Positions 18,163 through 28,350 of a DNA stretch of 64,000 bases are shown here, in pieces. The DNA comes from Candidatus Latescibacterota bacterium (lineage in GTDB: Bacteria > Latescibacterota > UBA2968 > UBA8231): contig OZ253462.1 in the NCBI GenBank assembly GCA_965261395.1, positions 704,001-768,000 of the forward strand. The letters run 5' to 3'. Below the pieces are notes generated by a model. That model made no database searches and was not told the origin of the DNA. It worked only from the letters and a program-made list of their open reading frames with translations. A program made the position numbers and the translations under genes. Position 1 is the stretch's first letter, and every line of letters begins with the position of its first letter.

Positions 18163-19080
18163 ATGGCTCCGACAATCACCCTGCGACAAAAAGTAAAAGT
18201 AATAGAAGGGGCTCAAAAAGGTCCCAACCTGCTGATCCTAGGCGGCGTCCACGGCGATGAGTTCGAGTCTATGGCAGCCATTCGCCGCCTGCTAGACCAC
18301 CTCGACCCAGCGGCTTTGCGGGGTCGCCTCACCGCCATCCCCGTAGTCAACGAGGCGGCCTATTGGCGCGGCCAGCGCACAGCCGAGGACGAGCTGGACT
18401 TGGCCCGCACCTGCCCGGGCCGGGCTGACGGCTCGATCACCGAGCGCACGGCCCACGCCGTCAGCCAGGAAATCCGCCGGGCCGACTATCTCATTGACCT
18501 ACACAGCGGCGGGCTAGTCATGGAATTCTATCCCACCGTGGGGTACACCCTGCATCCCGATAAAGCCATCCTCGATGTGCAACGACGCATGGCCCGAGCA
18601 CTGAATATGCCCATCATCTGGGGCACCTCGGCCCGGCTCGACGGACGCACACTCTCGGTGGCCCGCGACGCCAACGTGCCGGCCATCTACGCCGAGTGGA
18701 TGGGGGGTGGCACGTGCGATCCCCGAGGCGCGGATGCTTATTTCGAGGGCTGCTTAAACGTCTTGGCCGAACTAGGTATGATCGACCGCGCTCTGCCGCC
18801 CCTGCGCACCGAGTACACCATAGAGGACGACCGCGACAACGCAGGTCACATACAGATCAATTACCCGGCACCCTTTGCCGGTTATTTTGAGCCCCAAGTA
18901 ACATTGAAAGCGCCCGTGCAACCGGGCGATGTGATCGGCACGGTGGTCGATCATCTAGGACAGCGGCGCGAGGAAGTCGTATCGACCCAAGCGGGCTTGA
19001 TCCTGTGTCTGCGGGTCTTCAACCGCGTCCACCAAGGCGACAGCTTGGCCGCGGTTTTGGAACTCGACCCTTCCCAATGA
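18163..19080 (+). CDS. Succinylglutamate desuccinylase/aspartoacylase family (M14) metallohydrolase
   Basis: GGVHGDE, DLARTCPG, LIDLHSGG and IYAEW, followed by a C-terminal biotinyl-like hairpin. Confidence 0.9.
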   Translation: MAPTITLRQKVKVIEGAQKGPNLLILGGVHGDEFESMAAIRRLLDHLDPAALRGRLTAIPVVNEAAYWRGQRTAEDELDLARTCPGRADGSITERTAHAVSQEIRRADYLIDLHSGGLVMEFYPTVGYTLHPDKAILDVQRRMARALNMPIIWGTSARLDGRTLSVARDANVPAIYAEWMGGGTCDPRGADAYFEGCLNVLAELGMIDRALPPLRTEYTIEDDRDNAGHIQINYPAPFAGYFEPQVTLKAPVQPGDVIGTVVDHLGQRREEVVSTQAGLILCLRVFNRVHQGDSLAAVLELDPSQ

Positions 19081-20411
19081 TCACCTGTTCCGCGCCGCTG
19101 GACTCTCGCCGTTTCCAGGCCGCGCTACTGCTTCTTTTAGGCCCCCTGTTCATCGGGGTCTCCTTTGTCCTTATGCTGCGACGGGTGGAACCTGTGACCA
19201 CCTTGTTTTATCTGTGCGCTTGGTACGGTACCATTTGGACCCTAGATCGACTCATCCAGTGGCGGGAAGGGCGCTCGCTCATCGCCCGCTGCGGTCCTGC
19301 TTTTTTGCTGATCCTTTTTTGGTCCGCGGTAGTGTGGTACGCTTTCGAGTTGATCAATTTCCGTCTGCAAAACTGGTATTATATCTTCGTCCTCGACCAT
19401 CCTGTTTTGCAGACGCTGAACGCCTTCTTCTCCTTTGCCACTGTTTTTCCCGGTCTGCTGTGGTTGGAATATTACTTGGGGCTGCGCGGCGTAGCTGCCG
19501 GTTGGCAAGGCCGTCGTTGGCCGCTAAACCCCCGTCGCCTAATTCTCCTACAAATAGCCGGACTGATCGGGCTAGTGCTGGTCCTTTTGTGGCCGCGCTA
19601 CTTCTTCCCGCTCATTTGGCTCGCCTTTATCCTGCTCTTGGCTCCCGTCGAATATCGCCGCCTGCCCAACAGCTTGCTGCATCAATTGGCACGCGGCGAC
19701 TACGCCCCATTGACCCGCCAGTTGCTGGCTGGATTCATCGCCGGTGGTCTGTGGGAGTTCTTCAACTACTGGGCCCAAGTCAAGTGGATCTACACAGTGC
19801 CTTTCTTTTCAGAATTGAAACTCTTTGAAATGCCGCTGGCCGGCTTTTTGGGCTTTCCTCCCTTTGCCGTGGAATGCGCTCTAGTCTATCGCCTGTTGGT
19901 CTGGTACAGATTAGCACCACCATTGGGAGCGCACCGAGACCAGCGACCGGGGCCGACCAAGTTCTGGAGTGCGCTCGTCGTCCTTTTGGCCGCGGCTTTC
20001 GCCCTGACGGTCAACCACTACATACACTTGAATATCGGCTCGGTGAAGCCGCGCTTGGCCAAAGTGGACAGTCTGGATACCACTGCCCGCGCTTTTTTGC
20101 AGGACAAAGGCATCGTCTATCTGACCGATTTAGAAGCTGGAGGATCGGCGGAAATTTGGCGGCAAATGGAAGGAGAATTGGGCCGTGAACGCACCCAATC
20201 TACCCGCAGCCGCATCGAACTATACCTGCACCAAGGCATTGGGGTAGCATACGGCAATCTGCTAGTCAAAGCCGGGATCCGTTCACTGGCGGATTTGGCT
20301 ACCTCATCTGCCGAGCAAGTAGAGGAGCGGATAAACGCGCTTTCCGGGAATGTCCGACGGCCCACCCCAGTGCAAATTCGCCTGTGGATCCGGCGGGTTC
20401 CAAGCCCTTGA
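19077..20411 (+). CDS. Multi-pass membrane protein with a C-terminal DUF4332-like helix-hairpin-helix region
   Basis: ATGA overlap with the upstream gene. Several TM helices, WEFFNYWA..KWIYTVP..KLFEMPLAGFLGFPPFAVE, and C-terminal GIGVAYGNLLVKAGIRSLADLA. Confidence 0.7.
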   Translation: MITCSAPLDSRRFQAALLLLLGPLFIGVSFVLMLRRVEPVTTLFYLCAWYGTIWTLDRLIQWREGRSLIARCGPAFLLILFWSAVVWYAFELINFRLQNWYYIFVLDHPVLQTLNAFFSFATVFPGLLWLEYYLGLRGVAAGWQGRRWPLNPRRLILLQIAGLIGLVLVLLWPRYFFPLIWLAFILLLAPVEYRRLPNSLLHQLARGDYAPLTRQLLAGFIAGGLWEFFNYWAQVKWIYTVPFFSELKLFEMPLAGFLGFPPFAVECALVYRLLVWYRLAPPLGAHRDQRPGPTKFWSALVVLLAAAFALTVNHYIHLNIGSVKPRLAKVDSLDTTARAFLQDKGIVYLTDLEAGGSAEIWRQMEGELGRERTQSTRSRIELYLHQGIGVAYGNLLVKAGIRSLADLATSSAEQVEERINALSGNVRRPTPVQIRLWIRRVPSP

Positions 20412-20565
20412 CTACCCAAACCGGGCGATCCGGCCGAAGGGGGAATTGCCATTGCACGTCGGTCGGATTGGCCGGATATTGATTCGCCGATTTGCCGTAA
20501 TCGTACGCAATCAGCCCCCGCGATGGACGGGGCGCACCGCATTGGAGGAAACAAGGGAGTAACAC

Positions 20566-21495
20566 ATGTTTCGCGAAGCAATCGGTTTATTCGTCCCTGA
20601 ACCAACGGCCAAACTCTACATCCCCAAGAACAGTGGTCTGCATGAGTATGTGAACAATCTCCTGAGTGAAGTTGGCGTTAGCGACAGAGGCGAATTCACT
20701 CGCACTGACGAGAGCGCGGGAACCCTCGAAATAATATCGGCGCGCGGTGAGGATGTACCCCAACGGGTTGACGATTGTCTCTTACGTGGAGAAGTCGCGT
20801 ATGGCCTCACTGGAGACGATCTATTCGATGAGTACATGTTGGGTGCTGGGGACTCTCCACTTGGGATCCTCAATACCTACGATTGGTTCGATCCAAGTGC
20901 TCAATTTTATCGGCCGGCCCTTTGTCTGTTAAATCGCGAGGGACGGATTCCAGATTCGTCCGCGATGGTGTCCATTGCCGTGAACAAGAAGTATGAACTG
21001 TCCTCTCGCCAATACCTGTCGCAGCGCTTACAATCCAGCAAACTGCAGATCAGTATCGTTGCTTATGCTGGCGACACGGAAAACACCGTAGCAGAGGGCA
21101 CGCACGACTGGTGTGTCGAGGTGGTGTATCGCGGGGAACGCTCGCCCGCAAGCGCGATGGCCAAGACTGGACTCAAGGTCGCCGAGGTCGTCCGATTCAG
21201 CGATATCTCATTGATCGGACGGGAAATCGTCAATCCTTGGGAAGAGGAGTACCGGAGAATCTCCACGGTCGCGCAAAAGCCCACAGGCTCCAGTACGTCC
21301 AAGCTCCTTGCAGACAGCAATGAGATTTGCAAGAAAGTCGGCGAGGAATCTGCTGAATTTGTGAGGGCGTTTACCCAAGAAACGGGGCTTCCAGAAGAGT
21401 TTAACGGCGTCGTGTATGCGTTGATGGTCGCAGCCGCAAAACTGCACGTTCCCTGGCAGGAAATCGAGGCGGACCTGAAATCTAGGTGGTCGTAA
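20566..21495 (+). CDS. Divergent short-form ATP phosphoribosyltransferase (HisG-like) fused to a phosphoribosyl-ATP pyrophosphohydrolase (HisE-like) domain
   Basis: N-part: LYIPK, ARGEDVP, YGLTGDDLFDE, KKY, GDTE and VVYRG. C-part: KPTGSSTSKLL..ICKKVGEESAEFV..VVYALMV..VPWQEIEADLKSR. Confidence 0.75.
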   Translation: MFREAIGLFVPEPTAKLYIPKNSGLHEYVNNLLSEVGVSDRGEFTRTDESAGTLEIISARGEDVPQRVDDCLLRGEVAYGLTGDDLFDEYMLGAGDSPLGILNTYDWFDPSAQFYRPALCLLNREGRIPDSSAMVSIAVNKKYELSSRQYLSQRLQSSKLQISIVAYAGDTENTVAEGTHDWCVEVVYRGERSPASAMAKTGLKVAEVVRFSDISLIGREIVNPWEEEYRRISTVAQKPTGSSTSKLLADSNEICKKVGEESAEFVRAFTQETGLPEEFNGVVYALMVAAAKLHVPWQEIEADLKSRWS

Positions 21496-21502
21496 TCGAC
21501 CT

Positions 21503-22039
21503 ATGTTGCTGATTAGACATTGTCAGTCCTCAGGGCAAGACCCGGATGCGACGCTGACAGAGACTGGGCGAAAACAGGCAGAAGCACTCGCTGGGTTCTT
21601 GTCCGACTACCCGATCGACATGATCGTCTCCAGCTCCTACAAGCGGGCACAGCAAAGCATTGAACCATTTGCTGCCAAAGTGGGATTGCCTGTTCACTTG
21701 GATCACCGCCTAATTGAACGGACGCTTTCGGGGAGTCCAATTGACAACTGGCGCGAGGTGGTCCGCGATTCATTTGGAGACTTGGAATTGCGAGTACCGG
21801 GCGGCGAATCGGCACGCGAAGTGTTAGACCGAGGCTGGGCCGCCATCACCGAGCTGCTCGACGGTAATCACCGGTTCCCAATTGCGGTAACCCATGGCAA
21901 TCTCTTGAGTCTGATCCTGAACTCACTGGACCCTACTTTCGGCTACGATGGATGGGAATCTCTATCGAATCCAGACGTATTTGCACTCAAAGAAGCCGAC
22001 GATGGGCGATTGGTATTCGAGAGGCTCTGGTCTGAATAG
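21503..22039 (+). CDS. Histidine phosphatase (phosphoglycerate mutase) family protein
   Basis: LLIRHCQS (RHG variant), LTETGRKQA, SSSYKRAQQS, PGGES and VTHG. Confidence 0.9.
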   Translation: MLLIRHCQSSGQDPDATLTETGRKQAEALAGFLSDYPIDMIVSSSYKRAQQSIEPFAAKVGLPVHLDHRLIERTLSGSPIDNWREVVRDSFGDLELRVPGGESAREVLDRGWAAITELLDGNHRFPIAVTHGNLLSLILNSLDPTFGYDGWESLSNPDVFALKEADDGRLVFERLWSE

Positions 22040-22234
22040 GCACTGAGCCGCTTAACAACGCGGTTCGGGCACAGTGGGAAAAGAAGTAGCGGGAAGGAGA
22101 TTGACCTGCGTCACCAGCAGTATTACTGTACAAATATCATCTATCATCACAGTCTGCGTCGTCCCACCGGATACGGCTCTAGGTGGTCGTGAGTTAGAAG
22201 CGGATTTCAGGAATTACCGCGAATAAGGATTGAA

Positions 22235-22504
22235 ATGCCTGAAATTTCCCGATTTTTCGGCATCATAATACGAATGTATGCTGAGCCTCATGTACCTCAT
22301 CACCGACCTCACCTTCACGCTTATTACCAAGAGGACGTTGGCGTATATGCCATTGATACTATTGAACTGATCGCGGGACAACTTCCCCGGCGACAGCAGC
22401 GTCTAATTGAGGCTTGGATGGAGTTACACCATGAAGAATTACTGGCAGATTGGGAGCGATTACAATCAGGTCAAGCACCTTTCAAAATCGACCCTCTTCA
22501 ATAA
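22235..22504 (+). CDS. DUF4160 protein (DhiT-like toxin)
   Basis: MPEISRFFGIIIRMY..HHRPHLHAYY..G.LPRRQQRLIEAW.ELHHEELLADWE..PFKIDPL. Confidence 0.9.
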   Translation: MPEISRFFGIIIRMYAEPHVPHHRPHLHAYYQEDVGVYAIDTIELIAGQLPRRQQRLIEAWMELHHEELLADWERLQSGQAPFKIDPLQ

Positions 22505-22515
22505 AGGAGATCGAC

Positions 22516-22818
22516 ATGCGTCATCCTATATACCGCGTAATCTTTTTTGAAATACAAGCACCCTATACACTCCGAGTTTGTTTTGACGATGATACGGAAC
22601 AGATTATCGATTTCCAGGCCATATTGGAAGGTGAACTATTCGGTCCACTTCGCGATGTATTCCTATTCAATCAAGTTCGGATTGATCCTGAGGTCCATAC
22701 TCTGGTATGGCCGAATGGGGCTGATTTTGATCCAGCCACTTTACATGATTGGCCCGAGCATCTTCCTGAACTTAAGCGCATGAGCAAGCGTTGGTCTCTC
22801 GTTGAGATGGAGGACTAA
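22516..22818 (+). CDS. DUF2442 protein (DhiA-like antitoxin)
   Basis: YTLRVCFDD..FGPLRD..FNQVRID..TLVWPNGADFDPATL. AAGGAG RBS. This is the usual partner of DUF4160. Confidence 0.9.
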   Translation: MRHPIYRVIFFEIQAPYTLRVCFDDDTEQIIDFQAILEGELFGPLRDVFLFNQVRIDPEVHTLVWPNGADFDPATLHDWPEHLPELKRMSKRWSLVEMED

Positions 22819-22878
22819 CGCGGTTTGGCCGATACAGATAATGATTTTTGATGTCGGAATACGAGGAGTAATCAGGTA

Positions 22879-22980
22879 ATGATAAGGGCCATCACGTCAG
22901 AAGACTTGAGAGATTGCGCACGTCTATTCGTGAAGGTTTTCTCCGAATGGGCGTACGAGATGTTGGTACGCCCTGAGTAA
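22879..22980 (+). pseudogene. N-terminal remnant of a GNAT acetyltransferase
   Basis: A GAGGAG RBS precedes MIRAITSEDLRDCARLFVKVFSE, a typical GNAT beta1-alpha1 start. It stops after 33 aa. Confidence 0.5.
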
Positions 22981-22993
22981 AGAAAGATGGTCC

Positions 22994-23963
22994 ATGCCCA
23001 CGTTCCCTCTCGAATCAATCGGGGTTGGTTCCCAGCTATACCTTACAGCGGCACCCGGTATCGAGCTTGGAACTCGCCTAAATGGCGGCCACTTCAGAGA
23101 CACTGTCGAGCAAGGTGTTGTGACTGATCATGGTTCTATTCTGGAAATTATGTGGGAATTGGTTCGCATGCGCGAATTTCCGTCGCGACCATGCCGATTC
23201 GACGCGCTCTTTCTTTGGCCAGATGAAGTTATCGCACGAGGATGGCATTACCGCCAAGGCTTTTTCGATTCCGAAACAGGCTCACAGCGCGGGCTGTACC
23301 AAGTTGAGGTGGAACGGATTTGTCAAATCTGGGCCGCCGACATGCACTTGATCAGTTACATCCGCGATGGCGAAACAGTTGAGGCGCTGATGCAGCGCGC
23401 GTCAATACTGGAAATCTGTTCCTAGCAAAAATCATCCAGAGATTCTTCTACACGGTCAGGTGATCGTTCGCCAGAATCTGCGTGATTTGGGAATAGAGCG
23501 AATTGTTCCCATACAAGATGCAAGTGTTGATGGGCTGATACGCGAACGCCTTTGGTCCGATTTGTCTGGTCATTCATGCCTGCTGTCGCAGAGCGGTGAC
23601 TCTCGTTACCTATTGAGTCTGCAAATGACCGTGGCAACTGATCTGCCAACGCCGCTGGCCGGCTGGATCGGTCTGGAAATCGAAGGGCTGAATGAGGTAT
23701 TGAAACCGAGACGAGGAAGGGAACCGATTCTTGTGACCGGACATGCACCACTTAGTTACAGACTAGATGATGAGAGTGGTGTTTGCGAAACTCCATATGA
23801 GTTTAAGGATCCAGTAGTAGCTGATGCGGCGAGGGAGTGCGTGCTAGGGAAAAGGCGCTTTCGACCTGTATTGATCTGTAATCGGGAAGCGGCTCACTAC
23901 TGGCAGTTGCCTTCCTATTGGGATGGCCAAATTCCCGGAAATTGGACTACAGGTAAAACATGA
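22994..23963 (+). pseudogene. Frameshifted DUF2441-like (ART-fold) protein with a C-terminal extension
   Basis: ORF 22994-23425 has ELVRMREFPSRPCRFDALF..LYQVEV. The expected YW....PEILLHGQV motif lies in the +1 frame from about 23400 and runs without a stop into ORF 23460-23963. The break is in a CGCGCG run. Confidence 0.65.
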
Positions 23964-24037
23964 GCAAGTTCGCGTACTTTCTCAATTCTTAGTTTAATCT
24001 TTGGCATGGCGTTTTCAGTGAAGCTATTTAGGTCCAC

Positions 24038-24790
24038 TTAGGTGATTTCTATTCTAAATTCACGGTCAGACTTTTTCGCCTGGACATACTGAATATTGCG
24101 CTCCTTGCAGAGAGTCTCTATACAGGACTTGAACCATTTTTCTATTCTTACCCCAAGAATAACACGTGAAATTGGCCACGATAGAGGATATTCTTTATCA
24201 CCACAATCCGTTATTAAGCGCCATTCTTTCTCGTACGCCCATTCCCATGACTTGGTTTTCATCATGAGCCTTATCGTCTCGCCATCTTGGTTAATCAACA
24301 TCTACCCAAGATCGATTGGTGGATAATGCCTTTCATATCTTACCGGCGAACACCTTTCTTCATCGCCAAGATAGTTATTTTCGGCACGGGTAAACTCAAA
24401 GCAAACACCTTTGTGATTTTGTGCATAATGGGACCACATAAGTATTGAATCGCAGACTTCTGACAGGCATACGACTCCTGAGTTCTTGTTTTCTTTTTCG
24501 AAATTTCTAACTATTTCGTTCAATCGTTTCCGTTCTTCTATGGTAAATTTCCCATTGGCATCAAGCTTCGATGTCTTGTATTCGGCAACTTGACTTTCGT
24601 TCCGCCATCGGCGTGCTGCCTCTAAGACACTTTCTTCGGTTATGTCTTTTTCAATCTCCAAATCACAGTCAAATGGATCATTGAATCGCTCTGGTTTTGA
24701 TGCCCAAAGGCGACCGTTGATCAAGATGTCTAATGTATAGGCGTCTGGGGGTTTGTACATGTAAAGTTTCTTGATAAGAGGGTAGAGCAT
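24038..24790 (-). pseudogene. DUF2971 family protein interrupted by an in-frame TAG (24302-24304)
   Basis: LWASKPERFNDPFD, VVCLSEVCDSILMWSHYAQNHKGVCFEF and VRY come before the stop. TKSWEWAYEKEWRL..ISRVILG continues in the same frame after it. Confidence 0.8.
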
Positions 24791-24830
24791 CTATTATGTC
24801 TCCTAACGGTTTTTCACATATACTCAACTT

Positions 24831-26216
24831 CTACCCAAGCTTGCGCTGTTCCGCTTCAATAATTTCCAGTTGCGCCTCTATTGCGGCGTAGTACTCGGGT
24901 AGCGGATCTACCTCATACAGCATGTCAACACCTTGCTGCTGGCAGTTATCGAATAGGATCATGCCCCCCTCACTCGGTTCCTCCATATCCTGTACAGCCT
25001 CTCGAAGGTCGACATAGAAGCTACGCGAGGCTGCATGTTCGGTCTTCAGTTCCTTGGACGCCATTCTATAAAATGTGGTCTTTGCACTTGGAAACATCAT
25101 TCGCTTGAAGAAGCCTTCCTCGGCGACCCCCTCTGTCGCAACTTCTAGGTGCTTCTCAAAAAACAAGTCCATTGCACCTACGACATTATGATACAACTCC
25201 ATAAATGCATCCCGAAACTCGGCAGCGAGATACCGGAGATCCTCAAGAGCTCTGCGAAGATGTCGCTCCTTGACCCATCCGCTGATTCCCTTGCCGGTAA
25301 AGATGCCGGCCAAGCTGCCTAATACTGGTAGAACAACGGCCGATAGGCCCCCTGTCACGGGTGCTAACGCCAGCCCCCAACCAAGCCCAGCCGTGCCTCC
25401 GAGCCAACCGCCAACACCGCTAGCAGTCGCGTCGAGCGCGGTGTGTTCTGCCGCGATCTTCCAGTTTATATCGCCTTTGCGCAATTTATGGATATTCTTA
25501 CATGCGTTGATGGCCAACGAAATGAAGGGAACGCTGTCGATCCCATCTCCGAGGTCGGCAATCCCCTCAAACGTGTCGGCCGTGCTGTGAAATGCTTCTT
25601 GAGAAGAGAGTTCAGAATTGATTACAACTCGGGGGTTGTCGCGGAAGGCGTCGGCCATCTCCCGGTTTGCGATTACGTCGATATCTGGATGCTTGTCGAG
25701 GTGGTCTTGGATATACCGTCGTTCATCTGTGACCTTAACGTTGTACGGCTTCCCATCTATTATATGGTCCCATCCCTCGTTAGTACCTGAACCTGGAGTC
25801 TCGACGTCATGCCCTCTATCTCGGTAATAGTCTGCTACAGCATCCTCGGCGGTGTAGCCCTTATATTTGTCGATCATCCGGTCCCAAGCTTCCGATCCAG
25901 GCTCGGACTTGATGATCTTGCTTTTCATAAAGTCCATGAGGTCACCAAGATTATCGAAGCCTTGTGCGTGGTGCAGATGCTTCATCCCCTCCAGAGCGTT
26001 GGGGTCTAGTTTCATCGTGTTGTATAGCACATCAAACGTGCTTACACCTGTCACGACAGCTCCGTCCACTCCTAACTCTCGCGCTACACTCTTCCGTAGC
26101 GGTTCGTCAACCTTGAGCGTCTTTGTGAGGAAGGCCCGCTGGCGCGACCGATGGAAGTATGAGGCTGTGCTGAGTACGACAGTCGCAACAGCTATACATA
26201 TAAGGATGACTTCCAT
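24831..26216 (-). CDS. Hypothetical membrane-anchored protein with a PD-(D/E)XK-like central motif and a glycine-zipper hairpin
   Basis: N-terminal TM helix, then KGYTAE...NEGWDHIIDGKPYNVK, then Gly-rich hydrophobic GVGGWLGGTAGLGWG..PVTGG..GSLAGIFTG, and a helical C-terminus. Confidence 0.6.
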   Translation of the reverse strand: MEVILICIAVATVVLSTASYFHRSRQRAFLTKTLKVDEPLRKSVARELGVDGAVVTGVSTFDVLYNTMKLDPNALEGMKHLHHAQGFDNLGDLMDFMKSKIIKSEPGSEAWDRMIDKYKGYTAEDAVADYYRDRGHDVETPGSGTNEGWDHIIDGKPYNVKVTDERRYIQDHLDKHPDIDVIANREMADAFRDNPRVVINSELSSQEAFHSTADTFEGIADLGDGIDSVPFISLAINACKNIHKLRKGDINWKIAAEHTALDATASGVGGWLGGTAGLGWGLALAPVTGGLSAVVLPVLGSLAGIFTGKGISGWVKERHLRRALEDLRYLAAEFRDAFMELYHNVVGAMDLFFEKHLEVATEGVAEEGFFKRMMFPSAKTTFYRMASKELKTEHAASRSFYVDLREAVQDMEEPSEGGMILFDNCQQQGVDMLYEVDPLPEYYAAIEAQLEIIEAEQRKLG

Positions 26217-26255
26217 AGCGCGATTCCTTTTCGCCTCATGTCATGCTGGTACTTA

Positions 26256-27210
26256 TTGACCTCTGCATTTTTAAAGGAATAGTTATATTCATTTATATGC
26301 GACCTAAAGGTAGTGCCGATCGGCTGGAATATCGTCGTCAATGGGCGGCTCAGTTGCTTGATGAAGGCAAAGGCGTCAACGAAGTAGCTCGTCTGGTCCA
26401 AGTCTCCCCCTCCTCGGTGTCTCGTTGGAAGGCGATGAAAGCGCAAGCCGGCGAGGCGGGGCTCAAAGCCAAACCGCATCCGGGGCGGGGCTGTCAGTTG
26501 AGCCCCCAAGACCAGGATCAGTTGAAGCAGCTTCTGCTTCAGGGCCCTCAGGCGGCTGGCTTTGATACGGCGCTGTGGACCTGTGGGCGTGTAGCGCAGG
26601 TCATTGCACAGACGTTTGGGGGGTCCTATCATCCCGATCATGTAGGTCGTCTGCTGCATGGGTTGGGTTTTTCGTGCCAGTATCCCCAGCAACGCGCCCG
26701 GGAACGGGACGAGGAAGCCATCCGTCAATGGCGCTTGGTCGAGTGGCCACGGATTAAAAAAAAGCCCGACAAAAGGGGGTGACCATCGCCTGGATCGATC
26801 AGAGCGGCTTTATGTTGCAACCCACCCGTCGCCGAACAGGGGCTTTGCGGGGGATGTGGGGTCCTTTGTCGGTCATCTGCTGCGTATGATACGGCGCAAG
26901 GTCGTGCTCATTTTGGATCGGTGGAGTGTGCATCGCGCCGCGGTGGCGATCTTGCAGAAAAGGTATCCGGATCGACTCACCATCGAATGGTTACCCGCCT
27001 ATGCACCCGAATTGAATCCGACTGAACAGGTCTGGAATCATACCAAGTATGGCGATCTAGCCAACTTCATTCCAGACCACATCGAGGACTTAGCAGATGC
27101 GGTCTGCATGTCGATCACCGCCCAGCATCATGATAACAACCTGATTCGAGGCTTCTTCAAGTATGCACAACTTGAACTGTAAAACATTCCTTTATATTTG
27201 CAGTCCTCAA
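26256..27210 (+). mobile_element. IS630-family insertion sequence, internally deleted
   Basis: Imperfect TIRs TTGACCTCTGCATTTTTAAAGGAAT and (rc) TTGAGGACTGCAAATATAAAGGAAT are flanked by a TA duplication (26254-55, 27211-12). The element contains HTH and DDE coding segments. Confidence 0.85.
26297..27182 (+). pseudogene. IS630 transposase (HTH orfA, A-run frameshift site, then a DDE domain with an internal deletion)
   Basis: orfA has VARLVQVSPSSVSRW, LWTCGRVAQVI and WPRIKKK on an A8G run. The -1 frame gives WIDQSGFMLQPTRRRT. A third frame then resumes with ILDRWSVH and LPAYAPELNPTEQVW. Confidence 0.8.
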
Positions 27211-27270
27211 TAATAGGCCAAGTTAAGCTGTGATCGGGTTACGACCTAAGCGCGGTTTGCAAACGGTGCC

Positions 27271-28242
27271 TTAAGCGCAGACGGCCGCGTCGGCGCTCCA
27301 GCGGTTGAAGGGGGTGTGCGCCTCTTGCGCCAGCCGGTCGCGGGTGTCGCGCCAGAGCTTTTCCCACGCCACTGGATCGCGCAGGACGCTTTCTGGGTTG
27401 GCTCTACTGCGGGCGACAAAGCCGGGAAAGATATCGCGACCGGTGGTTTGGCCGACGGGATTGTAGCGCAGGTCGAAGCTCCAGCGCACGTCGTCGCTGT
27501 GGTTGGACAGCGAGCCGTGGATGGTGTGGCGGGTGAGGAAGAGCACGTCGCCGGGCTGCATCGGTACCGGTATAGCCGATTCCATATCCATAAGTTGTTC
27601 GGGGATGCGCAGGCCGCTGGGATGGCCGGGGCAGTGGGTGTGCAGGCCCGAGCGATGGCTTTTGGGCATAATCTGCAGACAGCCGTTTTCGAGCGTCGCC
27701 TCATTGAGCGGAAACCACACCGTCAACACCTTGGACGCATCGGCTTCGGGCAGAACCACGCCGCTATCCTGGTGCCAGTTGGTGGCGCTGACCAGCGCTT
27801 GGCCGTTGTGGTCTTTGGGCACTAGGTGCTCGGGCGGCTTGAGGCGCACGTGCTGGACGGGATTGGACCAGATCTCGGGACCGACGATCGACTCGGCCAC
27901 GTCGAGCAGAGTGGGGTCGGTAATGCAGCGGAAGACGGCCGGTCCGGCCCAGAAGGGGGTGTCGGCCTCAATGCCCGTCTGGGGCAAGGAGAAGTCGAAG
28001 TACTGGGCGTGGATCTGGCCGCTCTCGACGACTATTTGCGTCAGGCGCTTGCCAAAGGGCAGGTCGTCGTACGTGGATGCGATCTGGCCGGCTTGGTAGA
28101 GCTCACGAGCTAGGTTGTCGAGGACGCCGTGGTATTCGTCGATAATGGGTTGGATGACCTTCTCGACGTCGAGCATCCCCCTCACTAGTAGATAGCCTTC
28201 TTCGTCAAAGTGTGTGAGTTGTTCGTCCGTCAAGCATGGCAT
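27271..28242 (-). CDS. PhyH-family Fe(II)/2OG dioxygenase
   Basis: Start MPCLTDEQ after GGAGG. FDEEGYLLV, WHQD, ENGCLQIMPKSH, TIHGSLSN and RWSFDLRY. Confidence 0.9.
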   Translation of the reverse strand: MPCLTDEQLTHFDEEGYLLVRGMLDVEKVIQPIIDEYHGVLDNLARELYQAGQIASTYDDLPFGKRLTQIVVESGQIHAQYFDFSLPQTGIEADTPFWAGPAVFRCITDPTLLDVAESIVGPEIWSNPVQHVRLKPPEHLVPKDHNGQALVSATNWHQDSGVVLPEADASKVLTVWFPLNEATLENGCLQIMPKSHRSGLHTHCPGHPSGLRIPEQLMDMESAIPVPMQPGDVLFLTRHTIHGSLSNHSDDVRWSFDLRYNPVGQTTGRDIFPGFVARSRANPESVLRDPVAWEKLWRDTRDRLAQEAHTPFNRWSADAAVCA

Positions 28243-28350
28243 ATGCTTTCCTCCGTGGGTTGCAGAATCCAATCTGCGCTTGAATATAGCGCGATATGGT
28301 CCGTTTGCGAATAGCTGAAAGGAGGAGCGACGCTCCGTTGTCGCGTCGCA

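Noticed and set aside
22050-22200. Possible integron attC site (GCTTAAC ... GTTAGAA) among the cassette-like small genes
   Set aside because: The two ends are not complementary, there is no convincing internal palindrome, the motif is not repeated between the other genes, and no intI is present.
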